Source: a virus (taxonomy: Duplodnaviria; Heunggongvirae; Uroviricota; Caudoviricetes). Taken from it: a stretch of DNA of 64,000 nt. The DNA lies in the IMG/VR virus record IMGVR_UViG_3300029720_000461. One strand, given 5' to 3'. Shown here piece by piece: positions 48,934-60,372 of this stretch; position 1 is the first letter of the stretch, and every line of letters begins with the position of its first letter. Both the position numbers and the translations under genes were made by a program. The notes beneath the pieces were generated by a model. The model did no database searches. It saw nothing but the letters and a program-made list of their open reading frames with translations, and was not told the DNA's origin.

Positions 48934-49512
48934 ATGAGAAAGAAAATAACTGAATGTAATGATGAGCATGTATTAAATGAATTGAAAGACTGTATCAAGC
49001 ACTGTCTTAAAAGTACTGTAGTATGCAGCTTAAGGCAGGCTGTTATATCAGAAAACGGCAGAATGAATACAATGAACATGCAGCAGGTGATAACAGACAA
49101 GCCAAGATGCAGGGTTCAGATTAAAGATAACCGCTTATATCTTAATATTGAATTTGAAAAAAATGACATAGTAGATATGTTAAAAATTGAAAACATATGG
49201 AATATGATGCTTGCAAGAAGCTCTGAAAATTTTATGAATAACAGGGAAAATGATGCTGTTATGGTAATTGAGCTTGTAGGTATGGAACAAATGAGTAACC
49301 TTGCTTATGTCATGGCATTTTATGACCCTGTATTTTTAGCAAAAGAAGAAGCCCGACTTAAGCTTGTATATGATATAAGCAATCTTAATTTTGGCATCGA
49401 AAATGTTGATTATATTGAAATTTTACAGGAAATTGATTATGAAAATGAAATTGCCAATAAAGAAAAAAGCATTAAGGAAGATGGAGCAGATTTACTTGAC
49501 AATGTTTTATAG
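48934..49512 (+). CDS. hypothetical protein
   Basis: Coupled ORF. Confidence 0.7.
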   Translation: MRKKITECNDEHVLNELKDCIKHCLKSTVVCSLRQAVISENGRMNTMNMQQVITDKPRCRVQIKDNRLYLNIEFEKNDIVDMLKIENIWNMMLARSSENFMNNRENDAVMVIELVGMEQMSNLAYVMAFYDPVFLAKEEARLKLVYDISNLNFGIENVDYIEILQEIDYENEIANKEKSIKEDGADLLDNVL

Positions 49513-49524
49513 GAAGGAACAGTT

Positions 49525-52500
49525 ATGAGTGAATTAAGTACATTTAATTCGTTAAACAGAGCCGCTACAGGAGTGGTATCCAGTGCAATAGAGCTTGCAG
49601 CTGCAAGCTTTATTGATGCTGAAAATAAAGAAATTGATGAAATGTTTGAAAGGCTGAGAAAAGACCAGCCTGAAGTTGAAAATGTATCTGATAATAAATA
49701 TTCTGATAACCACATAAATAATGACAGACATATTAATAAAACTGAATATAAAAGCCCGATTACAGAAGATAATTCATACAGAGTATCTTTTAAAAATGAA
49801 ACAGATTTCCAGTCATTCCAGTTACAGATGAAAACTGATAATAAACAGATTATAGCATCCCCTGTAAAAATAGGTGACATATATATAGCGGAAGTTAAAA
49901 GGGAAGATGCAGCTTTTATTAATGAATACGCTAAAACCAATAACATTGATATTGTTACTTTTAATGGTCTTGATATTCATACCATGTATTCAGAAACGGG
50001 TGGAAGAACTGAATCAGATATAAAAGATAACTTGCATGAAAATCAAGGACATGCTATGAGTGGTGTTACAAATCAGCTTTTAATGAATTGTGACACATTA
50101 GGTTCGGCTGTATTTTATGCCAGACAAGCTAAGGATTTTGTATATGATGGAAGTTTAACTGAAACTATTGAATATAAATTCAATAATGCAGAAGATATGA
50201 TAAAGTTTAATGATGCAATGAAAGAAGCAGGCATTGAAACAAGCATATCTGAAAGTGCGTTAGGAAGTTTAACTAAAGCTCCTGAATATAAAATTGAGTT
50301 AAATGTTCAGACTAACAGTAATAACAGTACTGCTATAGCTGACAGTATTGATAAGATGAATACTGCTCAAGAAATTTTAGCCTTAAATGGACTTGATGAT
50401 AAAGTTGCAATAAAGAGACAGGAATTTAATGCAAGACAGCACAGAGGACTTTTAAATGGCGGAGCTTTTGATGATTATGCAAAAGATTTTAATAAATCAA
50501 TGGCAAAACAGGCTGTTAATCTTGGCTTTGATAAAGATTACCTGACTTTAAATGCAAAATCTGATGTATTGTCAAATATGCTTGACAGGCTTAATGTATC
50601 CGAGCTTAAGGACTTGAATGACGGCATTGAAAAATATGTGTCAAAATATCAGGATATATATAAAGTTGATTCATGTATTGTAGTTGAAGGGTATTTAAAA
50701 AATATAAAAAGCCTTGATGAGAATGATAAAAAACAGCTTGCAAAAATCATAGGAAAAGCAGTAGAAAAAGACAGTATTAAAGATAAAATAAAAAAAGATA
50801 AGAATGAACATATTAAGAAGGAAAATGAAGAAAAAGCAAAACAGGCTGAAACTATTGATAAAATTACAAAACTTATATACGAAAATAAAGTAACAGCTTC
50901 AGCAGCTCTTCTTAATGACGCTCTTGGGAAAATGAGTGAAAAAGAACTTGCTGACTTTAATAAATTCTTAAAAAATGAGATAGCAATACCTGATGCAGCA
51001 GTAATTTCACAGGCACATCTTGAAAAAATAATAAAAGAATATCTTAAAGATAACATGCGTCTTACAAGTGATGAAAAAAGCTCAATTGCCAGAATAATAG
51101 CAGAAGAACTTAAGCAAAAGCCTGACAATGTAAACAATGATTCGGTAACAGACTGTATTAAAAACGAAATAAATGAACGTATAAATACAATAAAAGCTTC
51201 TACTATAGATGGTAACATTAAATTATTAAAATCAATTGACAAGCGTTTTAATATGAATCTGTCTGCAAAAAATGCAATTACCCGAAGTGACATACTACAG
51301 ATTGATAAGAAGTTTTTTGAACTGTTCAGGGAAAATAATATTAATATTTTAGATAAACGTGGCAGAATAGATGTTAATAAAATTAATGAACTTATTAATA
51401 ATCCTAAGCTGCTTAAAAAGCTTAATATATCCAAAGAACAGCTTGAAATATTTAAAGCAACCGCAGTTAATCCGGGTGGATTTAATAAAAACAGTGTAAT
51501 GGGTACGATAAGCTCTATAACAAACAAGCTTATGTCAGGAGATGACCCTACAGGCGAAAATCAGAAAACTATGCAGGAAATCAATCAGATGGTTACATCT
51601 GCACAGCGTACAAAAGAAGTCGTTAAATCCATTAAAAAAGCAGACCAGATACGAATAGGTGAGAGAAAGCGTATAAGAAATGCCAAAACACCGGACGGCG
51701 GCAGTAAACCACATACTACCCACAGCAAGCCTAAGAAAAAAGATGAAGGTTTAGGTGGAAAACTTACCGACAAGCAGATAAAACAGAGCCAAAAAGCTGA
51801 AGCAAAGCTTGCAAGCAAAGTGAAATGGGCTGACAGATATGAAAAGTCAATATTTGGAAAATACAATAAATTTAAAAATGAAATTATACAGAAGCTTGCT
51901 AAAACACCGGTAGGACAGGCTGTAATGGCAGTTATAAAGAAGGCGACAATGGCAGCATCAAAGGTTATTCTTCCTGCACTTGGAGCAGCGTTAGGTTTAT
52001 TATTAGCCATTGTAGGTGCAATAGATGTAATAATTATTATTGTATTATGTATTTCAAGCCTTATGGATGCAATTAATCCTGCTAAATGGATTGACAAAGC
52101 ATTAGAGCCAAACAGCTATGCAGATACAGTCATGTATAATCTGTATGAAATGATGGAAAAGGAAGAAGAAAACTGGGTTAAGGATTTATATGATACCGAC
52201 AATGTATACAAGAAAAAAGATGATTTACAATGGGGAAGTGCATACACTGATTTAAAAGCATACTGTAACAGCAGCAGCGGAGTTGGTGGCGACTACTTAA
52301 AGGCTGAAAAGAATAATGGAAAAACCACAATTACAGTAAGTCCTTTTTATTTTGAAGTGCCTGATGATGTGAGAACAAAAGTAACAAAATTTGAAGATGA
52401 AGCTGATGTATTGGTAAGTGCCAACAGGTCTATTTACAGTACAGGCACATCACAGGACGGAGTTAATGTTACAGCACAGTCCGGACACACAAGCAATATT

Positions 52501-54957
52501 AAAGACATATTGTGTATGATGGATGTTAATTTTAATGATATTAATAATTCAGATGATGAAAGCTTAAAAAACATTCTTGGAATGTCTCCGGCAGGACTTA
52601 ACTGGGATAACTTTAAAAATAATATAAAAAATGGCTTTAAATGGATAAAAGCAGCAGTATCACAAATCTGGGATGATGATGCTTGGACAAAATTTGAAGA
52701 AAGCAAAGGCATAACGGTAAAGTATGATACCTTAAAGAATTATTGCATGACACTGTTTGAAAATTCACATCAGGAATGCTTTGAGCTTGAAGTAAGCTAT
52801 GATGATTTAGACGATTGTAATAACAAGACAACAGGAACATTTTATTTAGGCTTTAATGGTAATAATATAGGATTGCAGACCATAGATACTACATATGGTG
52901 GAAGGTTTAAAAAGTTTATAACAGAGCGTAACTGTGCAACGCACATTACTACTAATAACCTTACAGATAAAAATTCCATGTGTTTAAAAGAAGATATGGG
53001 AGACAATAAAGATACATATGATTTTATAAAAAGCAATGACTGCTGGAATGTTACATCAGATAATGAAACAGGATTTACTACATCAATATCAAGAAACGCT
53101 TACAGTTCTTCAGTATCAGAAACAGTCTACAGCCCGGATGATACATATTATGAACTGCCTGTATTTCAGGATATAGATAACAGATATGACTACAGGAGCA
53201 TACTTGAAGATATTATTGCAGACGGAGACAAAGATGAAGAAGACCGTGAATACAGTGGAGAAGAATATGATAATTTCAGAGAAGCATATCAGGATACACT
53301 TAATGAAGCTATTGACACGGTGGGCGACAGTTACTTGGAACAGATAAATGAAGATGACTATAAAGACGAAGTAAGAGAAAAGCTTGATGAAAGTTTTGAA
53401 AATTATTCTGACAGCTATTATTTTACAAAGAGCAGTACTTTTAACGCCATGAGACATTATTATTATACAATGTCAGATGTTGAATTTACGACTGATGAAG
53501 CACCTGTAAATTCAAAAGCTTATTTGCAATGGTATTACTATGATGATGATGATACAGGTGAACGATATTACACATGCCGTATAAGGGCATTTGCAACAAA
53601 AAGATATCAGGTAACGGGAAAAGCAGAACTGACACAATACTGTGAAAGAATAGAACAGAACTGTAAAGGACATAAAGCCCAGTATTGCGGTGGTCATGTT
53701 AAAGTTGATTCAACAGGCATAGTATATTCAATTACTAATGAGCAGATTGCAATTACAGGTATGCTTGAAAATGATATTACACCTGTAGCAAAAGGATATG
53801 ATATCGAAGCAAATCTTGGCAGTGAAATTTATGGCAAGCTTGACGGTGTAGATTATTCATCATTAAGGAATGCAACCATAACGGGAAACAGTAATTCTAC
53901 GGGAATAAAAGACCGTGAAGGCAAAGTTAATATACAGGCTTCTTCATGTTCAAAAGGACTTAATCTTTTGACAAAAACAGGCGACAGTGGCTTCACTACA
54001 TGGGGAAAATGGGGAAGCGATACAAATACATATACACGGACAATTGACATGAAGCTTGCAAAAGATATTTTTGATATTGACTGTTGTATATTGTATGGAA
54101 GAAATGTATTTCCTATAAAGGCAGAAAACTGGCAGACATATGAAGGCTGGACATCTGATAATATGACAATGGTTGTTAATAAATACCTTGGCGACTGGCA
54201 GGAATTATACGGTTTTGATATACCTGAAAATATAGGCATGTGTAAAATACCTGAAAAAGATATTGATGCTATAATTGAAGCACTGAAATCTAAATATGGT
54301 GACAAATTTACCGAAAGCAGGCAGGAAGCTGTAAGATTTGCATTAAGCTGGGTAGGCAGGGGTCAGTATAATAACAAGCATCACAGTCATGGTTTTTTAA
54401 TGGACTCACATACTGGTAAAGTATATAAAAGCCTTACTACAAAAGGTGAATCAGGAACATTTGAATTTAACTGTACAGCAACAGACTGTTCAGGATTTGG
54501 TTCATTTTACCTTAACCATTTTGACAAGTTAGACCATGTGGCAGGAACATGGGAATTAAGTAAAACCGGAAGAAATGCTGAAGTAAACAGTACATACAGT
54601 AATCTTTTGCCGGGAGATTTGATTCTTAAGGCAGACAGTGATGACCATACTATGATTTTCATAGGTGTGCTTGATAATGATTTGGAACTTAATGTAAGTA
54701 ACGGAACAAAGAAAGTACTTACTAACGGAAGTACAGATTATAATGTCTGGAATCATCTTACACTGGCAAAAGGACAGCCTATAACAGTTGACTGTGCTGT
54801 AAGTGCCAATGCAAGCCATAAAAAAGGAACAGCTACAAGAGACTATAGCTTTACGGTAGGTAATATCTACTTAAGAGGTGCATCAGACGGATATTATAAA
54901 TCATATGGTAACTGGCTTACAGGCATGAAGATAAGATATTTTGACAATGATTATTAA
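49525..54957 (+). CDS. Very large conjugation membrane protein with C-terminal NlpC/P60-like cell-wall hydrolase (VirB1-analog)
   Basis: Central TM segment; A.SWVG...DCSGF...LLPGDL...DHTMIFIG. Confidence 0.75.
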   Translation: MSELSTFNSLNRAATGVVSSAIELAAASFIDAENKEIDEMFERLRKDQPEVENVSDNKYSDNHINNDRHINKTEYKSPITEDNSYRVSFKNETDFQSFQLQMKTDNKQIIASPVKIGDIYIAEVKREDAAFINEYAKTNNIDIVTFNGLDIHTMYSETGGRTESDIKDNLHENQGHAMSGVTNQLLMNCDTLGSAVFYARQAKDFVYDGSLTETIEYKFNNAEDMIKFNDAMKEAGIETSISESALGSLTKAPEYKIELNVQTNSNNSTAIADSIDKMNTAQEILALNGLDDKVAIKRQEFNARQHRGLLNGGAFDDYAKDFNKSMAKQAVNLGFDKDYLTLNAKSDVLSNMLDRLNVSELKDLNDGIEKYVSKYQDIYKVDSCIVVEGYLKNIKSLDENDKKQLAKIIGKAVEKDSIKDKIKKDKNEHIKKENEEKAKQAETIDKITKLIYENKVTASAALLNDALGKMSEKELADFNKFLKNEIAIPDAAVISQAHLEKIIKEYLKDNMRLTSDEKSSIARIIAEELKQKPDNVNNDSVTDCIKNEINERINTIKASTIDGNIKLLKSIDKRFNMNLSAKNAITRSDILQIDKKFFELFRENNINILDKRGRIDVNKINELINNPKLLKKLNISKEQLEIFKATAVNPGGFNKNSVMGTISSITNKLMSGDDPTGENQKTMQEINQMVTSAQRTKEVVKSIKKADQIRIGERKRIRNAKTPDGGSKPHTTHSKPKKKDEGLGGKLTDKQIKQSQKAEAKLASKVKWADRYEKSIFGKYNKFKNEIIQKLAKTPVGQAVMAVIKKATMAASKVILPALGAALGLLLAIVGAIDVIIIIVLCISSLMDAINPAKWIDKALEPNSYADTVMYNLYEMMEKEEENWVKDLYDTDNVYKKKDDLQWGSAYTDLKAYCNSSSGVGGDYLKAEKNNGKTTITVSPFYFEVPDDVRTKVTKFEDEADVLVSANRSIYSTGTSQDGVNVTAQSGHTSNIKDILCMMDVNFNDINNSDDESLKNILGMSPAGLNWDNFKNNIKNGFKWIKAAVSQIWDDDAWTKFEESKGITVKYDTLKNYCMTLFENSHQECFELEVSYDDLDDCNNKTTGTFYLGFNGNNIGLQTIDTTYGGRFKKFITERNCATHITTNNLTDKNSMCLKEDMGDNKDTYDFIKSNDCWNVTSDNETGFTTSISRNAYSSSVSETVYSPDDTYYELPVFQDIDNRYDYRSILEDIIADGDKDEEDREYSGEEYDNFREAYQDTLNEAIDTVGDSYLEQINEDDYKDEVREKLDESFENYSDSYYFTKSSTFNAMRHYYYTMSDVEFTTDEAPVNSKAYLQWYYYDDDDTGERYYTCRIRAFATKRYQVTGKAELTQYCERIEQNCKGHKAQYCGGHVKVDSTGIVYSITNEQIAITGMLENDITPVAKGYDIEANLGSEIYGKLDGVDYSSLRNATITGNSNSTGIKDREGKVNIQASSCSKGLNLLTKTGDSGFTTWGKWGSDTNTYTRTIDMKLAKDIFDIDCCILYGRNVFPIKAENWQTYEGWTSDNMTMVVNKYLGDWQELYGFDIPENIGMCKIPEKDIDAIIEALKSKYGDKFTESRQEAVRFALSWVGRGQYNNKHHSHGFLMDSHTGKVYKSLTTKGESGTFEFNCTATDCSGFGSFYLNHFDKLDHVAGTWELSKTGRNAEVNSTYSNLLPGDLILKADSDDHTMIFIGVLDNDLELNVSNGTKKVLTNGSTDYNVWNHLTLAKGQPITVDCAVSANASHKKGTATRDYSFTVGNIYLRGASDGYYKSYGNWLTGMKIRYFDNDY

Positions 54958-54966
54958 ATAATAGAC

Positions 54967-55009
54967 AAAAGGACAGCCATGATTCTTGATAGAAAAATGA
55001 CTGTCCTTT
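54967..55009. terminator. Terminator between convergent genes
   Basis: AAAGGACAG/CTGTCCTTT stem. Confidence 0.6.
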
Positions 55010-55033
55010 GTGTTTAATAAAAATAATGGATTT

Positions 55034-55693
55034 TTAATATTTAAAATACACTTCCGAATCCGGATTAGAAGCAGCAGACATAAAGCTGTTGACAGTTTTT
55101 AAAAATTCATCTCTGCTTGTTTTTTTCCATGTGTACCATTCATCACCAATTACTATATGAGCAATAATTGTATCAGGATTTCCACTGACATAATATCTGG
55201 TAGTTGCAGAAGAATCCAGTACAGATAAGGTATTATCGTCATATAAGCTTTTATTCTGCTCATAAGCAAGAGTGTACACCGAATGAAGCCATCCTTCATC
55301 ATCAAGTGCAATTTTGTATTCTTCAAAAGAACCTGAATCAGAAGCAGGGCTGTAACCGTAACATACCATATTATCATCTATAACGGCAACGACTGAAAAT
55401 CTGCTGTTATCAAAAGAATCAATATAAGTATTAACCCAATACCCTTGTAAATCATCAGCTGTAGCAGGTGTTGGTACAGCATCAGCACTTTTGTATTTTT
55501 CAATAAGACTGTCAACGCTGTCATTATTGGAATTATTTTTATTTTCAGAGATTTTAGAAGAAGCTTCTGTTGTTTTTTCAATTGCAGGATTATCTGAAGA
55601 TATATTTTTATCAGAATTTTTCCCACACCCAAATAATCCGCCTACACAAAGTACTGTCATTGTAATCATAGCTGCTTTTTTTAAGTTAATCAT
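55034..55693 (-). CDS. lipoprotein
   Basis: Signal peptide with LFGC lipobox. Confidence 0.8.
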   Translation of the reverse strand: MINLKKAAMITMTVLCVGGLFGCGKNSDKNISSDNPAIEKTTEASSKISENKNNSNNDSVDSLIEKYKSADAVPTPATADDLQGYWVNTYIDSFDNSRFSVVAVIDDNMVCYGYSPASDSGSFEEYKIALDDEGWLHSVYTLAYEQNKSLYDDNTLSVLDSSATTRYYVSGNPDTIIAHIVIGDEWYTWKKTSRDEFLKTVNSFMSAASNPDSEVYFKY

Positions 55694-55819
55694 ATGTAAT
55701 CTACCCTACAATATTTAATTGTATCCTTTCATATTAATATATCCTTATTTTAACATATCTGTTGATTATTTCAACATAATTAGTCTTTATTATTTTTTAA
55801 AAATAAAGTAAAGGTAAAA

Positions 55820-55834
55820 CAAATTGGTAACATA
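55820..55834 (+). promoter_or_regulatory. Shared CAAATTKGTAACATA motif, copy 3
   Basis: 41 nt upstream of ATG 55876. Confidence 0.65.
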
Positions 55835-55875
55835 TTCAAAGTAGAAAAAGTGAAAGAATTTAGGAGTTTTCTACT

Positions 55876-56499
55876 ATGGATATTAACTTTAAGAAATATA
55901 TAAAAGATGATGGTAAAAGCAAAATATCTGTTTTTTCGGCACTTCTTAATGGAGTAACTATAAATAATACATTTAAACATACTGATGAACGCAAATTTGG
56001 TTTAAAAGTAGTAAAAGAAATGTGTTTTATAGACGAAAATGCTGAAATAGGCAAGTCTGAAATTAAAGTGCCACATATTTTAGAGCTTAAGGACTTTGAA
56101 AATGTTTTTACAATGTACAATTTATATGTTTACACACCGGCAGACAACAAATTCATAATCAATGATTTAAGCATTATAAGTCCTGTGATGTGTATAGATA
56201 AAGATTTTATATGTTCAGCAGTTGATATTAATAAACGCAGTGAAATTAAATACGGATTCAATTATTTTTACCAATATGTGATAAACAATCTCATAGAAGT
56301 AGATAAATGGAAAATTTCATATAATCTGTCAACTTCATATTTTGAAATATCATATGACAGCAACATTATTTATTACATAGAAAATATAGATAAGAAAACT
56401 ACATATTCAATCGTTTTGTATTTCTGTGAAAAATACAGAAGTGAAGAAGAGCTTATTGACAAGTACACCATAGACAGATACATACGAGAGGATATTTAG
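55876..56499 (+). CDS. hypothetical protein
   Basis: AGGAG RBS, coupled to virD4. Confidence 0.7.
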   Translation: MDINFKKYIKDDGKSKISVFSALLNGVTINNTFKHTDERKFGLKVVKEMCFIDENAEIGKSEIKVPHILELKDFENVFTMYNLYVYTPADNKFIINDLSIISPVMCIDKDFICSAVDINKRSEIKYGFNYFYQYVINNLIEVDKWKISYNLSTSYFEISYDSNIIYYIENIDKKTTYSIVLYFCEKYRSEEELIDKYTIDRYIREDI

Positions 56500-56500
56500 C

Positions 56501-59317
56501 ATGAATAATACAGACGATTTTTTAACTGGATTTGATGACTTGGATACAGCAGGTACATCACAAAAAAGTTTTTCATCAGATTTTGATTTTGATGGTATTA
56601 AAGATATTTCCGATAAAGATTTAGAAGACAGCTTTGATTTTTCAGAAGATAACAAGGATTCTGATAATGAAACTGATGAATTTGACATACCGGATTCAGA
56701 TATCAGCTTTGATATACCTGATGAAGAAGAAACTGATTTTAGTGCTTTTGACATGTCTGATATCAAAAACTTTAATTTTAATGAAGATGATGAAGAAAAA
56801 GCGGAATTAAAATACAGGGAAAACATTGATACTGAAAGTCCGGATGATTTTTCAGATTCATTTGGTAAAAGCTTAAACAGTTCATTTAACAATGACTTTG
56901 AAAATTCATTTGACAACCTTGATAGCTTAAAAACAGAAGATAATGAAGATGATATTGTAATAACTGACTTTAGTGACGGATATGTATACGGGCTATTTAA
57001 ACAGCCACCTGAAAATGCTGCAATTAAGCAGAATAATGAAAAAATAAAGCAGCTGGATAAAGAAATCGAAGAAACAAAAGAAGAAGAGAGAACAATACTT
57101 AAAAATGCCCGTGCAGAACAGCTTAATAAAAAGGCTCTTAAGTGTATATATGAAAATCTAGGCAAGGGTTTGGAAGAAGCTGCAAAAGATTATGAAAAGA
57201 AAAAGCCTATGATACAGGCTGAAAAGCAGAGCCGTAATATTAAAAAAGTAAAAGCAAACAGTAAAAAGAAAACAACCTATAAAGCAAGAAAAAAGGATAA
57301 ATATATAATCGGATGTATTTTATTTATAGGTTTTGCATTACTTATGGGGCTTAGGGCAGGTACGGTTAGCAATGAAGACAATAACAGCAGTCCTTTTATG
57401 TGCCTTCTGAAGATTTTTACCAAGGATGATTTTACTATCGGTAATCCTGATTTAAAAGTTGCTTCTACGGTATTTTTTATAATGCTTTGCATAGAAGCGT
57501 TGGTAATATTATTTGTATATCTTGACAAAGCACAGAAAAAAGCAAGCCGTATAGGACATGAGCATGGTATGGCAAGAATCGGCAATAAAACTGATTTGAA
57601 AAACTTCAGAAATCAGTTTATGGAAAATACAGATAATAACATGCTGTTTTCCAAGCATACAGGACTGTCTCTTGATAACAAGATGACTAATCGAAGTGCA
57701 AATGTATTAGTTATTGGTGGTACTGGTACAGGTAAAACATTCAGGTATATCAAGCCTAATATTTTACAGGAAAACTGTTCAATGGTTATAACAGACCCAT
57801 CCGGAGATATTTTCAGGTCATTTGCACCGTATCTTTTAACTAAAGGATATAATGTTTATATTTTTAACCTTAATAACATGGCACTGAGTAACCATTATAA
57901 TCCATTACTTAATGTCTATGACAGTAACGGTGAAATTTCTGAAATACAGGTTGATATCTTGGTAGACCTTTATATGAAAAATGCAAAAGCAGGCAAAGAA
58001 AGTGGTGGTGGAGACCCATTCTGGGATAAGTCTGAAAAAGCGTTTATTACAGGTATTATTTATTATATTCTGGAAAATGATGCATTTGCAAAAGAAGATA
58101 AATGCTTTAATACGGTACTTAGAAAAGTACAGGAAGCAAAAGCCGAATGTGATGAAAACGGTGAACCACAGGATACACAGCTTACTAAGGAAATCAAGGA
58201 ATGGCAGGCAAGAATGGAGCGTCAGGGAAGAAGTATTAAGACACCTATTTATTATGATACATTCCTTATTGCACCTGAAAAGACAGCTAATACAATCCTT
58301 ATTACAACAGCCGTAGATTTACAGATATTTGCGACATCTGATGTAGACCGTATTACAAGATATAATACAAAGTATCCTGAGCTTAATATCAATCTTGATG
58401 ATATCGCTACAACCCAGAGTTATTTATTCCTTGGTATACCTCAGTCTCATCAGGCTTATAACTTCCTTGTAGCCATGCTTTATTCACAGCTGTATGGACG
58501 TTTATATGAGCTTGGTGAACGTAAATTAAGAAATAAATGGCATATAGGCGAATTTAAAGGAATACCTAAGTTTGCACCGTTTGACAGTAAAGAACAGGCT
58601 GAAGATTTCTTTAAAAATGTAACAACAGCAAATATAGAAGAGACTGAGTATGTAAATGCAACTAAGATGTATCTTCTTAAATATAAGAATGTGGTTTATA
58701 AGAAGAGTATAGGAAGAGAAACCATAGAAGAGCTTATACATAATCTTAATAATATGCAGATTTGGCAGAATGGTGGTGGAGACCCGTCTTTACCAATACA
58801 CGTTAATTTCTTACTGGACGAATTTAAGAATATTGGCGAAATACCTAATTTTTTAACAATATTGTCAACATCAAGAAAGTATCGTATTGGTAGTCATGTG
58901 GTTATACAGGATATCGGACAGATTAAAACAATGTATAAAGACGGAGAACATGAGACATTACTTGCAAATGTAGATACGACCATATTCTTAGGTTCTATAT
59001 TACATGATGATAAAGAAGCAATACAGAAAATGCTTGGAAAAACTACTATCAGACAGAAGAGTACAAGCAGTTCAAACAGTGGCATAAGTACATCATATAC
59101 ACCTACAGAAGTAGACCTTTTAAGCTTAGACCAGATATCAGCTATTAATCAGAATGGCAGAAATGACTGTATTGTTATAGTCAGAGATTGTACACCATTT
59201 GTAGATGAAAAGCTTAATCTTCTTGAGCATAAGAGATGGAAAGATGTATGTGCAGTAAAGAACTTTGACTTGGAAAGATACTATATTAATAACAATTCAA
59301 TTGATATTAAACCATAA
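56501..59317 (+). CDS. virD4: VirD4/TraG type IV coupling protein with long acidic N-terminal extension
   Basis: HG.AR, GGTGTGKT..YIKPNILQ, TDPSG, DPFW, LLDEF.NIG.IP, SRKY. Confidence 0.93.
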   Translation: MNNTDDFLTGFDDLDTAGTSQKSFSSDFDFDGIKDISDKDLEDSFDFSEDNKDSDNETDEFDIPDSDISFDIPDEEETDFSAFDMSDIKNFNFNEDDEEKAELKYRENIDTESPDDFSDSFGKSLNSSFNNDFENSFDNLDSLKTEDNEDDIVITDFSDGYVYGLFKQPPENAAIKQNNEKIKQLDKEIEETKEEERTILKNARAEQLNKKALKCIYENLGKGLEEAAKDYEKKKPMIQAEKQSRNIKKVKANSKKKTTYKARKKDKYIIGCILFIGFALLMGLRAGTVSNEDNNSSPFMCLLKIFTKDDFTIGNPDLKVASTVFFIMLCIEALVILFVYLDKAQKKASRIGHEHGMARIGNKTDLKNFRNQFMENTDNNMLFSKHTGLSLDNKMTNRSANVLVIGGTGTGKTFRYIKPNILQENCSMVITDPSGDIFRSFAPYLLTKGYNVYIFNLNNMALSNHYNPLLNVYDSNGEISEIQVDILVDLYMKNAKAGKESGGGDPFWDKSEKAFITGIIYYILENDAFAKEDKCFNTVLRKVQEAKAECDENGEPQDTQLTKEIKEWQARMERQGRSIKTPIYYDTFLIAPEKTANTILITTAVDLQIFATSDVDRITRYNTKYPELNINLDDIATTQSYLFLGIPQSHQAYNFLVAMLYSQLYGRLYELGERKLRNKWHIGEFKGIPKFAPFDSKEQAEDFFKNVTTANIEETEYVNATKMYLLKYKNVVYKKSIGRETIEELIHNLNNMQIWQNGGGDPSLPIHVNFLLDEFKNIGEIPNFLTILSTSRKYRIGSHVVIQDIGQIKTMYKDGEHETLLANVDTTIFLGSILHDDKEAIQKMLGKTTIRQKSTSSSNSGISTSYTPTEVDLLSLDQISAINQNGRNDCIVIVRDCTPFVDEKLNLLEHKRWKDVCAVKNFDLERYYINNNSIDIKP

Positions 59318-59318
59318 C

Positions 59319-59520
59319 AATATCTTCGCTTTGCGAAAGCTCAACATCTCCGCAAACGGAGCTGTACAAGTTTATTTATGATTGCATCTACTATGGCTTG
59401 TTTATACAAGACATTGGTAGCTGCACTAATAAATAAACTTTATCAACATTTCCACAAAGCAAAACTGTAACAGTTTGCTGTATAAAGCAGAAATAAATGC
59501 TTATACAGCAAACTTAATAT
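59319..59520. repeat. Cluster of palindromic repeat units (AACATYTCYRC-WWW-GYRGARCTGT + AAGTTT...AAACTT)
   Basis: Units at 59343 and 59445; 59319-59373 repeated at 60486-60540. Confidence 0.8.
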
Positions 59521-59544
59521 ATATAAATAAAAAGGAGAGAAAAT

Positions 59545-60372
59545 ATGAAAACTGTATTAGCTGCATTATTTCAAACAATTTTAGATTTATGTACCGGAGC
59601 AAACTGGGGTGTACCGGATTTATTGCAGATAACTGATAATGAAATAAACATTGCAAGAACCATGTACAAATATTTTATGGTTATCGGTATAGGCATGACA
59701 ATTGTATATTTTATTATGGAAATGAATAAACAGTATGCGTTACAGGCAAGGGATTTAAACATTAAAACTGTTGGTGTTCCTTTTTTAAAACTGCTTGCGT
59801 CTATTGCCGTATTATCTCAGGGAAGTAAAATTATCGGCTGGATATTAAGCTTTAACAACAGTCTTGTTAAATACGCACAGACAAATTTTACCATGACAGG
59901 CAGTGGAAAAGGACTTGCCGATTTAACAGACAAAATTCCGTCAGGCGATAATATAGTAAATGCATTATCATTTATGAATCTGCTTGTATTATTGATACCG
60001 GCATTAATATGCTGGCTTATCGGTGTTATTGTGGGATTAGTTTTTAAATATAAGGCTTATGCCTATAAAATAGAAGTAATATTCAGAACCGGTATAGCTC
60101 CTATAGCGTTAGGAGATGTATATAGCGGTGAAAACAGTACTGCCGTAAAATTCATTAAAAGATTCTTAGCACTAGGTTTATATGCAATGGCATTTGTAGT
60201 TGTAGTAAATATAGGTGCTTCTATGATAGGTGCGGACTTCTTAGAAGGTCTAACCAGTGGTGATACATGGAAAATCCTTGGCGGTATACTTAACTGTTTT
60301 GTCGTACCGTTTGCCGAGCTTGGTGCTTTAGGTGTTGCTAAACAGGCTTGTAATGAAGTGTTAGGTGTCTAA
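59545..60372 (+). CDS. VirB6/TrbL-like polytopic T4SS membrane protein
   Basis: Multiple TM helices; KIEV.FRT.IAPIAL. Confidence 0.7.
   Translation: MKTVLAALFQTILDLCTGANWGVPDLLQITDNEINIARTMYKYFMVIGIGMTIVYFIMEMNKQYALQARDLNIKTVGVPFLKLLASIAVLSQGSKIIGWILSFNNSLVKYAQTNFTMTGSGKGLADLTDKIPSGDNIVNALSFMNLLVLLIPALICWLIGVIVGLVFKYKAYAYKIEVIFRTGIAPIALGDVYSGENSTAVKFIKRFLALGLYAMAFVVVVNIGASMIGADFLEGLTSGDTWKILGGILNCFVVPFAELGALGVAKQACNEVLGV

Noticed and set aside
50649..51527. Long antisense ORFs (also 56407-57165, 49437-49946, 51585-52097, 20077-20508, 131-400 and others)
   Set aside because: Shadow frames rich in Ser/Leu/Phe opposite well-supported genes, without RBS.
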